Positions 1-12,000 of a stretch of 64,000 nt of DNA are shown piece by piece. The translations under genes and the position numbers were made by a program. The DNA is from Naegleria gruberi. Its lineage: Eukaryota. How positions within the stretch are numbered: position 1 is the stretch's first letter; every line of letters starts with the position of its first letter. The notes under the pieces are model-generated. The model ran no database searches. It was not told where the DNA came from and was given only the letters and a program-made list of their open reading frames with translations. The DNA lies in the NCBI GenBank assembly GCA_000004985.1, contig GG738865.1. One strand, given 5' to 3'.

Positions 1-3000
1 NNNNNNNNNNNNNNNNNNNNNNNNNNNNNNNNNNNNNNNNNNNNNNNNNNNNNNNNNNNNNNNNNNNNNNNNNNNNNNNNNNNNNNNNNNNNNNNNNNNN
101 NNNNNNNNNNNNNNNNNNNNNNNNNNNNNNNNNNNNNNNNNNNNNNNNNNNNNNNNNNNNNNNNNNNNNNNNNNNNNNNNNNNNNNNNNNNNNNNNNNNN
201 NNNNNNNNNNNNNNNNNNNNNNNNNNNNNNNNNNNNNNNNNNNNNNNNNNNNNNNNNNNNNNNNNNNNNNNNNNNNNNNNNNNNNNNNNNNNNNNNNNNN
301 NNNNNNNNNNNNNNNNNNNNNNNNNNNNNNNNNNNNNNNNNNNNNNNNNNNNNNNNNNNNNNNNNNNNNNNNNNNNNNNNNNNNNNNNNNNNNNNNNNNN
401 NNNNNNNNNNNNNNNNNNNNNNNNNNNNNNNNNNNNNNNNNNNNNNNNNNNNNNNNNNNNNNNNNNNNNNNNNNNNNNNNNNNNNNNNNNNNNNNNNNNN
501 NNNNNNNNNNNNNNNNNNNNNNNNNNNNNNNNNNNNNNNNNNNNNNNNNNNNNNNNNNNNNNNNNNNNNNNNNNNNNNNNNNNNNNNNNNNNNNNNNNNN
601 NNNNNNNNNNNNNNNNNNNNNNNNNNNNNNNNNNNNNNNNNNNNNNNNNNNNNNNNNNNNNNNNNNNNNNNNNNNNNNNNNNNNNNNNNNNNNNNNNNNN
701 NNNNNNNNNNNNNNNNNNNNNNNNNNNNNNNNNNNNNNNNNNNNNNNNNNNNNNNNNNNNNNNNNNNNNNNNNNNNNNNNNNNNNNNNNNNNNNNNNNNN
801 NNNNNNNNNNNNNNNNNNNNNNNNNNNNNNNNNNNNNNNNNNNNNNNNNNNNNNNNNNNNNNNNNNNNNNNNNNNNNNNNNNNNNNNNNNNNNNNNNNNN
901 NNNNNNNNNNNNNNNNNNNNNNNNNNNNNNNNNNNNNNNNNNNNNNNNNNNNNNNNNNNNNNNNNNNNNNNNNNNNNNNNNNNNNNNNNNNNNNNNNNNN
1001 NNNNNNNNNNNNNNNNNNNNNNNNNNNNNNNNNNNNNNNNNNNNNNNNNNNNNNNNNNNNNNNNNNNNNNNNNNNNNNNNNNNNNNNNNNNNNNNNNNNN
1101 NNNNNNNNNNNNNNNNNNNNNNNNNNNNNNNNNNNNNNNNNNNNNNNNNNNNNNNNNNNNNNNNNNNNNNNNNNNNNNNNNNNNNNNNNNNNNNNNNNNN
1201 NNNNNNNNNNNNNNNNNNNNNNNNNNNNNNNNNNNNNNNNNNNNNNNNNNNNNNNNNNNNNNNNNNNNNNNNNNNNNNNNNNNNNNNNNNNNNNNNNNNN
1301 NNNNNNNNNNNNNNNNNNNNNNNNNNNNNNNNNNNNNNNNNNNNNNNNNNNNNNNNNNNNNNNNNNNNNNNNNNNNNNNNNNNNNNNNNNNNNNNNNNNN
1401 NNNNNNNNNNNNNNNNNNNNNNNNNNNNNNNNNNNNNNNNNNNNNNNNNNNNNNNNNNNNNNNNNNNNNNNNNNNNNNNNNNNNNNNNNNNNNNNNNNNN
1501 NNNNNNNNNNNNNNNNNNNNNNNNNNNNNNNNNNNNNNNNNNNNNNNNNNNNNNNNNNNNNNNNNNNNNNNNNNNNNNNNNNNNNNNNNNNNNNNNNNNN
1601 NNNNNNNNNNNNNNNNNNNNNNNNNNNNNNNNNNNNNNNNNNNNNNNNNNNNNNNNNNNNNNNNNNNNNNNNNNNNNNNNNNNNNNNNNNNNNNNNNNNN
1701 NNNNNNNNNNNNNNNNNNNNNNNNNNNNNNNNNNNNNNNNNNNNNNNNNNNNNNNNNNNNNNNNNNNNNNNNNNNNNNNNNNNNNNNNNNNNNNNNNNNN
1801 NNNNNNNNNNNNNNNNNNNNNNNNNNNNNNNNNNNNNNNNNNNNNNNNNNNNNNNNNNNNNNNNNNNNNNNNNNNNNNNNNNNNNNNNNNNNNNNNNNNN
1901 NNNNNNNNNNNNNNNNNNNNNNNNNNNNNNNNNNNNNNNNNNNNNNNNNNNNNNNNNNNNNNNNNNNNNNNNNNNNNNNNNNNNNNNNNNNNNNNNNNNN
2001 NNNNNNNNNNNNNNNNNNNNNNNNNNNNNNNNNNNNNNNNNNNNNNNNNNNNNNNNNNNNNNNNNNNNNNNNNNNNNNNNNNNNNNNNNNNNNNNNNNNN
2101 NNNNNNNNNNNNNNNNNNNNNNNNNNNNNNNNNNNNNNNNNNNNNNNNNNNNNNNNNNNNNNNNNNNNNNNNNNNNNNNNNNNNNNNNNNNNNNNNNNNN
2201 NNNNNNNNNNNNNNNNNNNNNNNNNNNNNNNNNNNNNNNNNNNNNNNNNNNNNNNNNNNNNNNNNNNNNNNNNNNNNNNNNNNNNNNNNNNNNNNNNNNN
2301 NNNNNNNNNNNNNNNNNNNNNNNNNNNNNNNNNNNNNNNNNNNNNNNNNNNNNNNNNNNNNNNNNNNNNNNNNNNNNNNNNNNNNNNNNNNNNNNNNNNN
2401 NNNNNNNNNNNNNNNNNNNNNNNNNNNNNNNNNNNNNNNNNNNNNNNNNNNNNNNNNNNNNNNNNNNNNNNNNNNNNNNNNNNNNNNNNNNNNNNNNNNN
2501 NNNNNNNNNNNNNNNNNNNNNNNNNNNNNNNNNNNNNNNNNNNNNNNNNNNNNNNNNNNNNNNNNNNNNNNNNNNNNNNNNNNNNNNNNNNNNNNNNNNN
2601 NNNNNNNNNNNNNNNNNNNNNNNNNNNNNNNNNNNNNNNNNNNNNNNNNNNNNNNNNNNNNNNNNNNNNNNNNNNNNNNNNNNNNNNNNNNNNNNNNNNN
2701 NNNNNNNNNNNNNNNNNNNNNNNNNNNNNNNNNNNNNNNNNNNNNNNNNNNNNNNNNNNNNNNNNNNNNNNNNNNNNNNNNNNNNNNNNNNNNNNNNNNN
2801 NNNNNNNNNNNNNNNNNNNNNNNNNNNNNNNNNNNNNNNNNNNNNNNNNNNNNNNNNNNNNNNNNNNNNNNNNNNNNNNNNNNNNNNNNNNNNNNNNNNN
2901 NNNNNNNNNNNNNNNNNNNNNNNNNNNNNNNNNNNNNNNNNNNNNNNNNNNNNNNNNNNNNNNNNNNNNNNNNNNNNNNNNNNNNNNNNNNNNNNNNNNN

Positions 3001-6000
3001 NNNNNNNNNNNNNNNNNNNNNNNNNNNNNNNNNNNNNNNNNNNNNNNNNNNNNNNNNNNNNNNNNNNNNNNNNNNNNNNNNNNNNNNNNNNNNNNNNNNN
3101 NNNNNNNNNNNNNNNNNNNNNNNNNNNNNNNNNNNNNNNNNNNNNNNNNNNNNNNNNNNNNNNNNNNNNNNNNNNNNNNNNNNNNNNNNNNNNNNNNNNN
3201 NNNNNNNNNNNNNNNNNNNNNNNNNNNNNNNNNNNNNNNNNNNNNNNNNNNNNNNNNNNNNNNNNNNNNNNNNNNNNNNNNNNNNNNNNNNNNNNNNNNN
3301 NNNNNNNNNNNNNNNNNNNNNNNNNNNNNNNNNNNNNNNNNNNNNNNNNNNNNNNNNNNNNNNNNNNNNNNNNNNNNNNNNNNNNNNNNNNNNNNNNNNN
3401 NNNNNNNNNNNNNNNNNNNNNNNNNNNNNNNNNNNNNNNNNNNNNNNNNNNNNNNNNNNNNNNNNNNNNNNNNNNNNNNNNNNNNNNNNNNNNNNNNNNN
3501 NNNNNNNNNNNNNNNNNNNNNNNNNNNNNNNNNNNNNNNNNNNNNNNNNNNNNNNNNNNNNNNNNNNNNNNNNNNNNNNNNNNNNNNNNNNNNNNNNNNN
3601 NNNNNNNNNNNNNNNNNNNNNNNNNNNNNNNNNNNNNNNNNNNNNNNNNNNNNNNNNNNNNNNNNNNNNNNNNNNNNNNNNNNNNNNNNNNNNNNNNNNN
3701 NNNNNNNNNNNNNNNNNNNNNNNNNNNNNNNNNNNNNNNNNNNNNNNNNNNNNNNNNNNNNNNNNNNNNNNNNNNNNNNNNNNNNNNNNNNNNNNNNNNN
3801 NNNNNNNNNNNNNNNNNNNNNNNNNNNNNNNNNNNNNNNNNNNNNNNNNNNNNNNNNNNNNNNNNNNNNNNNNNNNNNNNNNNNNNNNNNNNNNNNNNNN
3901 NNNNNNNNNNNNNNNNNNNNNNNNNNNNNNNNNNNNNNNNNNNNNNNNNNNNNNNNNNNNNNNNNNNNNNNNNNNNNNNNNNNNNNNNNNNNNNNNNNNN
4001 NNNNNNNNNNNNNNNNNNNNNNNNNNNNNNNNNNNNNNNNNNNNNNNNNNNNNNNNNNNNNNNNNNNNNNNNNNNNNNNNNNNNNNNNNNNNNNNNNNNN
4101 NNNNNNNNNNNNNNNNNNNNNNNNNNNNNNNNNNNNNNNNNNNNNNNNNNNNNNNNNNNNNNNNNNNNNNNNNNNNNNNNNNNNNNNNNNNNNNNNNNNN
4201 NNNNNNNNNNNNNNNNNNNNNNNNNNNNNNNNNNNNNNNNNNNNNNNNNNNNNNNNNNNNNNNNNNNNNNNNNNNNNNNNNNNNNNNNNNNNNNNNNNNN
4301 NNNNNNNNNNNNNNNNNNNNNNNNNNNNNNNNNNNNNNNNNNNNNNNNNNNNNNNNNNNNNNNNNNNNNNNNNNNNNNNNNNNNNNNNNNNNNNNNNNNN
4401 NNNNNNNNNNNNNNNNNNNNNNNNNNNNNNNNNNNNNNNNNNNNNNNNNNNNNNNNNNNNNNNNNNNNNNNNNNNNNNNNNNNNNNNNNNNNNNNNNNNN
4501 NNNNNNNNNNNNNNNNNNNNNNNNNNNNNNNNNNNNNNNNNNNNNNNNNNNNNNNNNNNNNNNNNNNNNNNNNNNNNNNNNNNNNNNNNNNNNNNNNNNN
4601 NNNNNNNNNNNNNNNNNNNNNNNNNNNNNNNNNNNNNNNNNNNNNNNNNNNNNNNNNNNNNNNNNNNNNNNNNNNNNNNNNNNNNNNNNNNNNNNNNNNN
4701 NNNNNNNNNNNNNNNNNNNNNNNNNNNNNNNNNNNNNNNNNNNNNNNNNNNNNNNNNNNNNNNNNNNNNNNNNNNNNNNNNNNNNNNNNNNNNNNNNNNN
4801 NNNNNNNNNNNNNNNNNNNNNNNNNNNNNNNNNNNNNNNNNNNNNNNNNNNNNNNNNNNNNNNNNNNNNNNNNNNNNNNNNNNNNNNNNNNNNNNNNNNN
4901 NNNNNNNNNNNNNNNNNNNNNNNNNNNNNNNNNNNNNNNNNNNNNNNNNNNNNNNNNNNNNNNNNNNNNNNNNNNNNNNNNNNNNNNNNNNNNNNNNNNN
5001 NNNNNNNNNNNNNNNNNNNNNNNNNNNNNNNNNNNNNNNNNNNNNNNNNNNNNNNNNNNNNNNNNNNNNNNNNNNNNNNNNNNNNNNNNNNNNNNNNNNN
5101 NNNNNNNNNNNNNNNNNNNNNNNNNNNNNNNNNNNNNNNNNNNNNNNNNNNNNNNNNNNNNNNNNNNNNNNNNNNNNNNNNNNNNNNNNNNNNNNNNNNN
5201 NNNNNNNNNNNNNNNNNNNNNNNNNNNNNNNNNNNNNNNNNNNNNNNNNNNNNNNNNNNNNNNNNNNNNNNNNNNNNNNNNNNNNNNNNNNNNNNNNNNN
5301 NNNNNNNNNNNNNNNNNNNNNNNNNNNNNNNNNNNNNNNNNNNNNNNNNNNNNNNNNNNNNNNNNNNNNNNNNNNNNNNNNNNNNNNNNNNNNNNNNNNN
5401 NNNNNNNNNNNNNNNNNNNNNNNNNNNNNNNNNNNNNNNNNNNNNNNNNNNNNNNNNNNNNNNNNNNNNNNNNNNNNNNNNNNNNNNNNNNNNNNNNNNN
5501 NNNNNNNNNNNNNNNNNNNNNNNNNNNNNNNNNNNNNNNNNNNNNNNNNNNNNNNNNNNNNNNNNNNNNNNNNNNNNNNNNNNNNNNNNNNNNNNNNNNN
5601 NNNNNNNNNNNNNNNNNNNNNNNNNNNNNNNNNNNNNNNNNNNNNNNNNNNNNNNNNNNNNNNNNNNNNNNNNNNNNNNNNNNNNNNNNNNNNNNNNNNN
5701 NNNNNNNNNNNNNNNNNNNNNNNNNNNNNNNNNNNNNNNNNNNNNNNNNNNNNNNNNNNNNNNNNNNNNNNNNNNNNNNNNNNNNNNNNNNNNNNNNNNN
5801 NNNNNNNNNNNNNNNNNNNNNNNNNNNNNNNNNNNNNNNNNNNNNNNNNNNNNNNNNNNNNNNNNNNNNNNNNNNNNNNNNNNNNNNNNNNNNNNNNNNN
5901 NNNNNNNNNNNNNNNNNNNNNNNNNNNNNNNNNNNNNNNNNNNNNNNNNNNNNNNNNNNNNNNNNNNNNNNNNNNNNNNNNNNNNNNNNNNNNNNNNNNN

Positions 6001-9000
6001 NNNNNNNNNNNNNNNNNNNNNNNNNNNNNNNNNNNNNNNNNNNNNNNNNNNNNNNNNNNNNNNNNNNNNNNNNNNNNNNNNNNNNNNNNNNNNNNNNNNN
6101 NNNNNNNNNNNNNNNNNNNNNNNNNNNNNNNNNNNNNNNNNNNNNNNNNNNNNNNNNNNNNNNNNNNNNNNNNNNNNNNNNNNNNNNNNNNNNNNNNNNN
6201 NNNNNNNNNNNNNNNNNNNNNNNNNNNNNNNNNNNNNNNNNNNNNNNNNNNNNNNNNNNNNNNNNNNNNNNNNNNNNNNNNNNNNNNNNNNNNNNNNNNN
6301 NNNNNNNNNNNNNNNNNNNNNNNNNNNNNNNNNNNNNNNNNNNNNNNNNNNNNNNNNNNNNNNNNNNNNNNNNNNNNNNNNNNNNNNNNNNNNNNNNNNN
6401 NNNNNNNNNNNNNNNNNNNNNNNNNNNNNNNNNNNNNNNNNNNNNNNNNNNNNNNNNNNNNNNNNNNNNNNNNNNNNNNNNNNNNNNNNNNNNNNNNNNN
6501 NNNNNNNNNNNNNNNNNNNNNNNNNNNNNNNNNNNNNNNNNNNNNNNNNNNNNNNNNNNNNNNNNNNNNNNNNNNNNNNNNNNNNNNNNNNNNNNNNNNN
6601 NNNNNNNNNNNNNNNNNNNNNNNNNNNNNNNNNNNNNNNNNNNNNNNNNNNNNNNNNNNNNNNNNNNNNNNNNNNNNNNNNNNNNNNNNNNNNNNNNNNN
6701 NNNNNNNNNNNNNNNNNNNNNNNNNNNNNNNNNNNNNNNNNNNNNNNNNNNNNNNNNNNNNNNNNNNNNNNNNNNNNNNNNNNNNNNNNNNNNNNNNNNN
6801 NNNNNNNNNNNNNNNNNNNNNNNNNNNNNNNNNNNNNNNNNNNNNNNNNNNNNNNNNNNNNNNNNNNNNNNNNNNNNNNNNNNNNNNNNNNNNNNNNNNN
6901 NNNNNNNNNNNNNNNNNNNNNNNNNNNNNNNNNNNNNNNNNNNNNNNNNNNNNNNNNNNNNNNNNNNNNNNNNNNNNNNNNNNNNNNNNNNNNNNNNNNN
7001 NNNNNNNNNNNNNNNNNNNNNNNNNNNNNNNNNNNNNNNNNNNNNNNNNNNNNNNNNNNNNNNNNNNNNNNNNNNNNNNNNNNNNNNNNNNNNNNNNNNN
7101 NNNNNNNNNNNNNNNNNNNNNNNNNNNNNNNNNNNNNNNNNNNNNNNNNNNNNNNNNNNNNNNNNNNNNNNNNNNNNNNNNNNNNNNNNNNNNNNNNNNN
7201 NNNNNNNNNNNNNNNNNNNNNNNNNNNNNNNNNNNNNNNNNNNNNNNNNNNNNNNNNNNNNNNNNNNNNNNNNNNNNNNNNNNNNNNNNNNNNNNNNNNN
7301 NNNNNNNNNNNNNNNNNNNNNNNNNNNNNNNNNNNNNNNNNNNNNNNNNNNNNNNNNNNNNNNNNNNNNNNNNNNNNNNNNNNNNNNNNNNNNNNNNNNN
7401 NNNNNNNNNNNNNNNNNNNNNNNNNNNNNNNNNNNNNNNNNNNNNNNNNNNNNNNNNNNNNNNNNNNNNNNNNNNNNNNNNNNNNNNNNNNNNNNNNNNN
7501 NNNNNNNNNNNNNNNNNNNNNNNNNNNNNNNNNNNNNNNNNNNNNNNNNNNNNNNNNNNNNNNNNNNNNNNNNNNNNNNNNNNNNNNNNNNNNNNNNNNN
7601 NNNNNNNNNNNNNNNNNNNNNNNNNNNNNNNNNNNNNNNNNNNNNNNNNNNNNNNNNNNNNNNNNNNNNNNNNNNNNNNNNNNNNNNNNNNNNNNNNNNN
7701 NNNNNNNNNNNNNNNNNNNNNNNNNNNNNNNNNNNNNNNNNNNNNNNNNNNNNNNNNNNNNNNNNNNNNNNNNNNNNNNNNNNNNNNNNNNNNNNNNNNN
7801 NNNNNNNNNNNNNNNNNNNNNNNNNNNNNNNNNNNNNNNNNNNNNNNNNNNNNNNNNNNNNNNNNNNNNNNNNNNNNNNNNNNNNNNNNNNNNNNNNNNN
7901 NNNNNNNNNNNNNNNNNNNNNNNNNNNNNNNNNNNNNNNNNNNNNNNNNNNNNNNNNNNNNNNNNNNNNNNNNNNNNNNNNNNNNNNNNNNNNNNNNNNN
8001 NNNNNNNNNNNNNNNNNNNNNNNNNNNNNNNNNNNNNNNNNNNNNNNNNNNNNNNNNNNNNNNNNNNNNNNNNNNNNNNNNNNNNNNNNNNNNNNNNNNN
8101 NNNNNNNNNNNNNNNNNNNNNNNNNNNNNNNNNNNNNNNNNNNNNNNNNNNNNNNNNNNNNNNNNNNNNNNNNNNNNNNNNNNNNNNNNNNNNNNNNNNN
8201 NNNNNNNNNNNNNNNNNNNNNNNNNNNNNNNNNNNNNNNNNNNNNNNNNNNNNNNNNNNNNNNNNNNNNNNNNNNNNNNNNNNNNNNNNNNNNNNNNNNN
8301 NNNNNNNNNNNNNNNNNNNNNNNNNNNNNNNNNNNNNNNNNNNNNNNNNNNNNNNNNNNNNNNNNNNNNNNNNNNNNNNNNNNNNNNNNNNNNNNNNNNN
8401 NNNNNNNNNNNNNNNNNNNNNNNNNNNNNNNNNNNNNNNNNNNNNNNNNNNNNNNNNNNNNNNNNNNNNNNNNNNNNNNNNNNNNNNNNNNNNNNNNNNN
8501 NNNNNNNNNNNNNNNNNNNNNNNNNNNNNNNNNNNNNNNNNNNNNNNNNNNNNNNNNNNNNNNNNNNNNNNNNNNNNNNNNNNNNNNNNNNNNNNNNNNN
8601 NNNNNNNNNNNNNNNNNNNNNNNNNNNNNNNNNNNNNNNNNNNNNNNNNNNNNNNNNNNNNNNNNNNNNNNNNNNNNNNNNNNNNNNNNNNNNNNNNNNN
8701 NNNNNNNNNNNNNNNNNNNNNNNNNNNNNNNNNNNNNNNNNNNNNNNNNNNNNNNNNNNNNNNNNNNNNNNNNNNNNNNNNNNNNNNNNNNNNNNNNNNN
8801 NNNNNNNNNNNNNNNNNNNNNNNNNNNNNNNNNNNNNNNNNNNNNNNNNNNNNNNNNNNNNNNNNNNNNNNNNNNNNNNNNNNNNNNNNNNNNNNNNNNN
8901 NNNNNNNNNNNNNNNNNNNNNNNNNNNNNNNNNNNNNNNNNNNNNNNNNNNNNNNNNNNNNNNNNNNNNNNNNNNNNNNNNNNNNNNNNNNNNNNNNNNN

Positions 9001-12000
9001 NNNNNNNNNNNNNNNNNNNNNNNNNNNNNNNNNNNNNNNNNNNNNNNNNNNNNNNNNNNNNNNNNNNNNNNNNNNNNNNNNNNNNNNNNNNNNNNNNNNN
9101 NNNNNNNNNNNNNNNNNNNNNNNNNNNNNNNNNNNNNNNNNNNNNNNNNNNNNNNNNNNNNNNNNNNNNNNNNNNNNNNNNNNNNNNNNNNNNNNNNNNN
9201 NNNNNNNNNNNNNNNNNNNNNNNNNNNNNNNNNNNNNNNNNNNNNNNNNNNNNNNNNNNNNNNNNNNNNNNNNNNNNNNNNNNNNNNNNNNNNNNNNNNN
9301 NNNNNNNNNNNNNNNNNNNNNNNNNNNNNNNNNNNNNNNNNNNNNNNNNNNNNNNNNNNNNNNNNNNNNNNNNNNNNNNNNNNNNNNNNNNNNNNNNNNN
9401 NNNNNNNNNNNNNNNNNNNNNNNNNNNNNNNNNNNNNNNNNNNNNNNNNNNNNNNNNNNNNNNNNNNNNNNNNNNNNNNNNNNNNNNNNNNNNNNNNNNN
9501 NNNNNNNNNNNNNNNNNNNNNNNNNNNNNNNNNNNNNNNNNNNNNNNNNNNNNNNNNNNNNNNNNNNNNNNNNNNNNNNNNNNNNNNNNNNNNNNNNNNN
9601 NNNNNNNNNNNNNNNNNNNNNNNNNNNNNNNNNNNNNNNNNNNNNNNNNNNNNNNNNNNNNNNNNNNNNNNNNNNNNNNNNNNNNNNNNNNNNNNNNNNN
9701 NNNNNNNNNNNNNNNNNNNNNNNNNNNNNNNNNNNNNNNNNNNNNNNNNNNNNNNNNNNNNNNNNNNNNNNNNNNNNNNNNNNNNNNNNNNNNNNNNNNN
9801 NNNNNNNNNNNNNNNNNNNNNNNNNNNNNNNNNNNNNNNNNNNNNNNNNNNNNNNNNNNNNNNNNNNNNNNNNNNNNNNNNNNNNNNNNNNNNNNNNNNN
9901 NNNNNNNNNNNNNNNNNNNNNNNNNNNNNNNNNNNNNNNNNNNNNNNNNNNNNNNNNNNNNNNNNNNNNNNNNNNNNNNNNNNNNNNNNNNNNNNNNNNN
10001 NNNNNNNNNNNNNNNNNNNNNNNNNNNNNNNNNNNNNNNNNNNNNNNNNNNNNNNNNNNNNNNNNNNNNNNNNNNNNNNNNNNNNNNNNNNNNNNNNNNN
10101 NNNNNNNNNNNNNNNNNNNNNNNNNNNNNNNNNNNNNNNNNNNNNNNNNNNNNNNNNNNNNNNNNNNNNNNNNNNNNNNNNNNNNNNNNNNNNNNNNNNN
10201 NNNNNNNNNNNNNNNNNNNNNNNNNNNNNNNNNNNNNNNNNNNNNNNNNNNNNNNNNNNNNNNNNNNNNNNNNNNNNNNNNNNNNNNNNNNNNNNNNNNN
10301 NNNNNNNNNNNNNNNNNNNNNNNNNNNNNNNNNNNNNNNNNNNNNNNNNNNNNNNNNNNNNNNNNNNNNNNNNNNNNNNNNNNNNNNNNNNNNNNNNNNN
10401 NNNNNNNNNNNNNNNNNNNNNNNNNNNNNNNNNNNNNNNNNNNNNNNNNNNNNNNNNNNNNNNNNNNNNNNNNNNNNNNNNNNNNNNNNNNNNNNNNNNN
10501 NNNNNNNNNNNNNNNNNNNNNNNNNNNNNNNNNNNNNNNNNNNNNNNNNNNNNNNNNNNNNNNNNNNNNNNNNNNNNNNNNNNNNNNNNNNNNNNNNNNN
10601 NNNNNNNNNNNNNNNNNNNNNNNNNNNNNNNNNNNNNNNNNNNNNNNNNNNNNNNNNNNNNNNNNNNNNNNNNNNNNNNNNNNNNNNNNNNNNNNNNNNN
10701 NNNNNNNNNNNNNNNNNNNNNNNNNNNNNNNNNNNNNNNNNNNNNNNNNNNNNNNNNNNNNNNNNNNNNNNNNNNNNNNNNNNNNNNNNNNNNNNNNNNN
10801 NNNNNNNNNNNNNNNNNNNNNNNNNNNNNNNNNNNNNNNNNNNNNNNNNNNNNNNNNNNNNNNNNNNNNNNNNNNNNNNNNNNNNNNNNNNNNNNNNNNN
10901 NNNNNNNNNNNNNNNNNNNNNNNNNNNNNNNNNNNNNNNNNNNNNNNNNNNNNNNNNNNNNNNNNNNNNNNNNNNNNNNNNNNNNNNNNNNNNNNNNNNN
11001 NNNNNNNNNNNNNNNNNNNNNNNNNNNNNNNNNNNNNNNNNNNNNNNNNNNNNNNNNNNNNNNNNNNNNNNNNNNNNNNNNNNNNNNNNNNNNNNNNNNN
11101 NNNNNNNNNNNNNNNNNNNNNNNNNNNNNNNNNNNNNNNNNNNNNNNNNNNNNNNNNNNNNNNNNNNNNNNNNNNNNNNNNNNNNNNNNNNNNNNNNNNN
11201 NNNNNNNNNNNNNNNNNNNNNNNNNNNNNNNNNNNNNNNNNNNNNNNNNNNNNNNNNNNNNNNNNNNNNNNNNNNNNNNNNNNNNNNNNNNNNNNNNNNN
11301 NNNNNNNNNNNNNNNNNNNNNNNNNNNNNNNNNNNNNNNNNNNNNNNNNNNNNNNNNNNNNNNNNNNNNNNNNNNNNNNNNNNNNNNNNNNNNNNNNNNN
11401 NNNNNNNNNNNNNNNNNNNNNNNNNNNNNNNNNNNNNNNNNNNNNNNNNNNNNNNNNNNNNNNNNNNNNNNNNNNNNNNNNNNNNNNNNNNNNNNNNNNN
11501 NNNNNNNNNNNNNNNNNNNNNNNNNNNNNNNNNNNNNNNNNNNNNNNNNNNNNNNNNNNNNNNNNNNNNNNNNNNNNNNNNNNNNNNNNNNNNNNNNNNN
11601 NNNNNNNNNNNNNNNNNNNNNNNNNNNNNNNNNNNNNNNNNNNNNNNNNNNNNNNNNNNNNNNNNNNNNNNNNNNNNNNNNNNNNNNNNNNNNNNNNNNN
11701 NNNNNNNNNNNNNNNNNNNNNNNNNNNNNNNNNNNNNNNNNNNNNNNNNNNNNNNNNNNNNNNNNNNNNNNNNNNNNNNNNNNNNNNNNNNNNNNNNNNN
11801 NNNNNNNNNNNNNNNNNNNNNNNNNNNNNNNNNNNNNNNNNNNNNNNNNNNNNNNNNNNNNNNNNNNNNNNNNNNNNNNNNNNNNNNNNNNNNNNNNNNN
11901 NNNNNNNNNNNNNNNNNNNNNNNNNNNNNNNNNNNNNNNNNNNNNNNNNNNNNNNNNNNNNNNNNNNNNNNNNNNNNNNNNNNNNNNNNNNNNNNNNNNN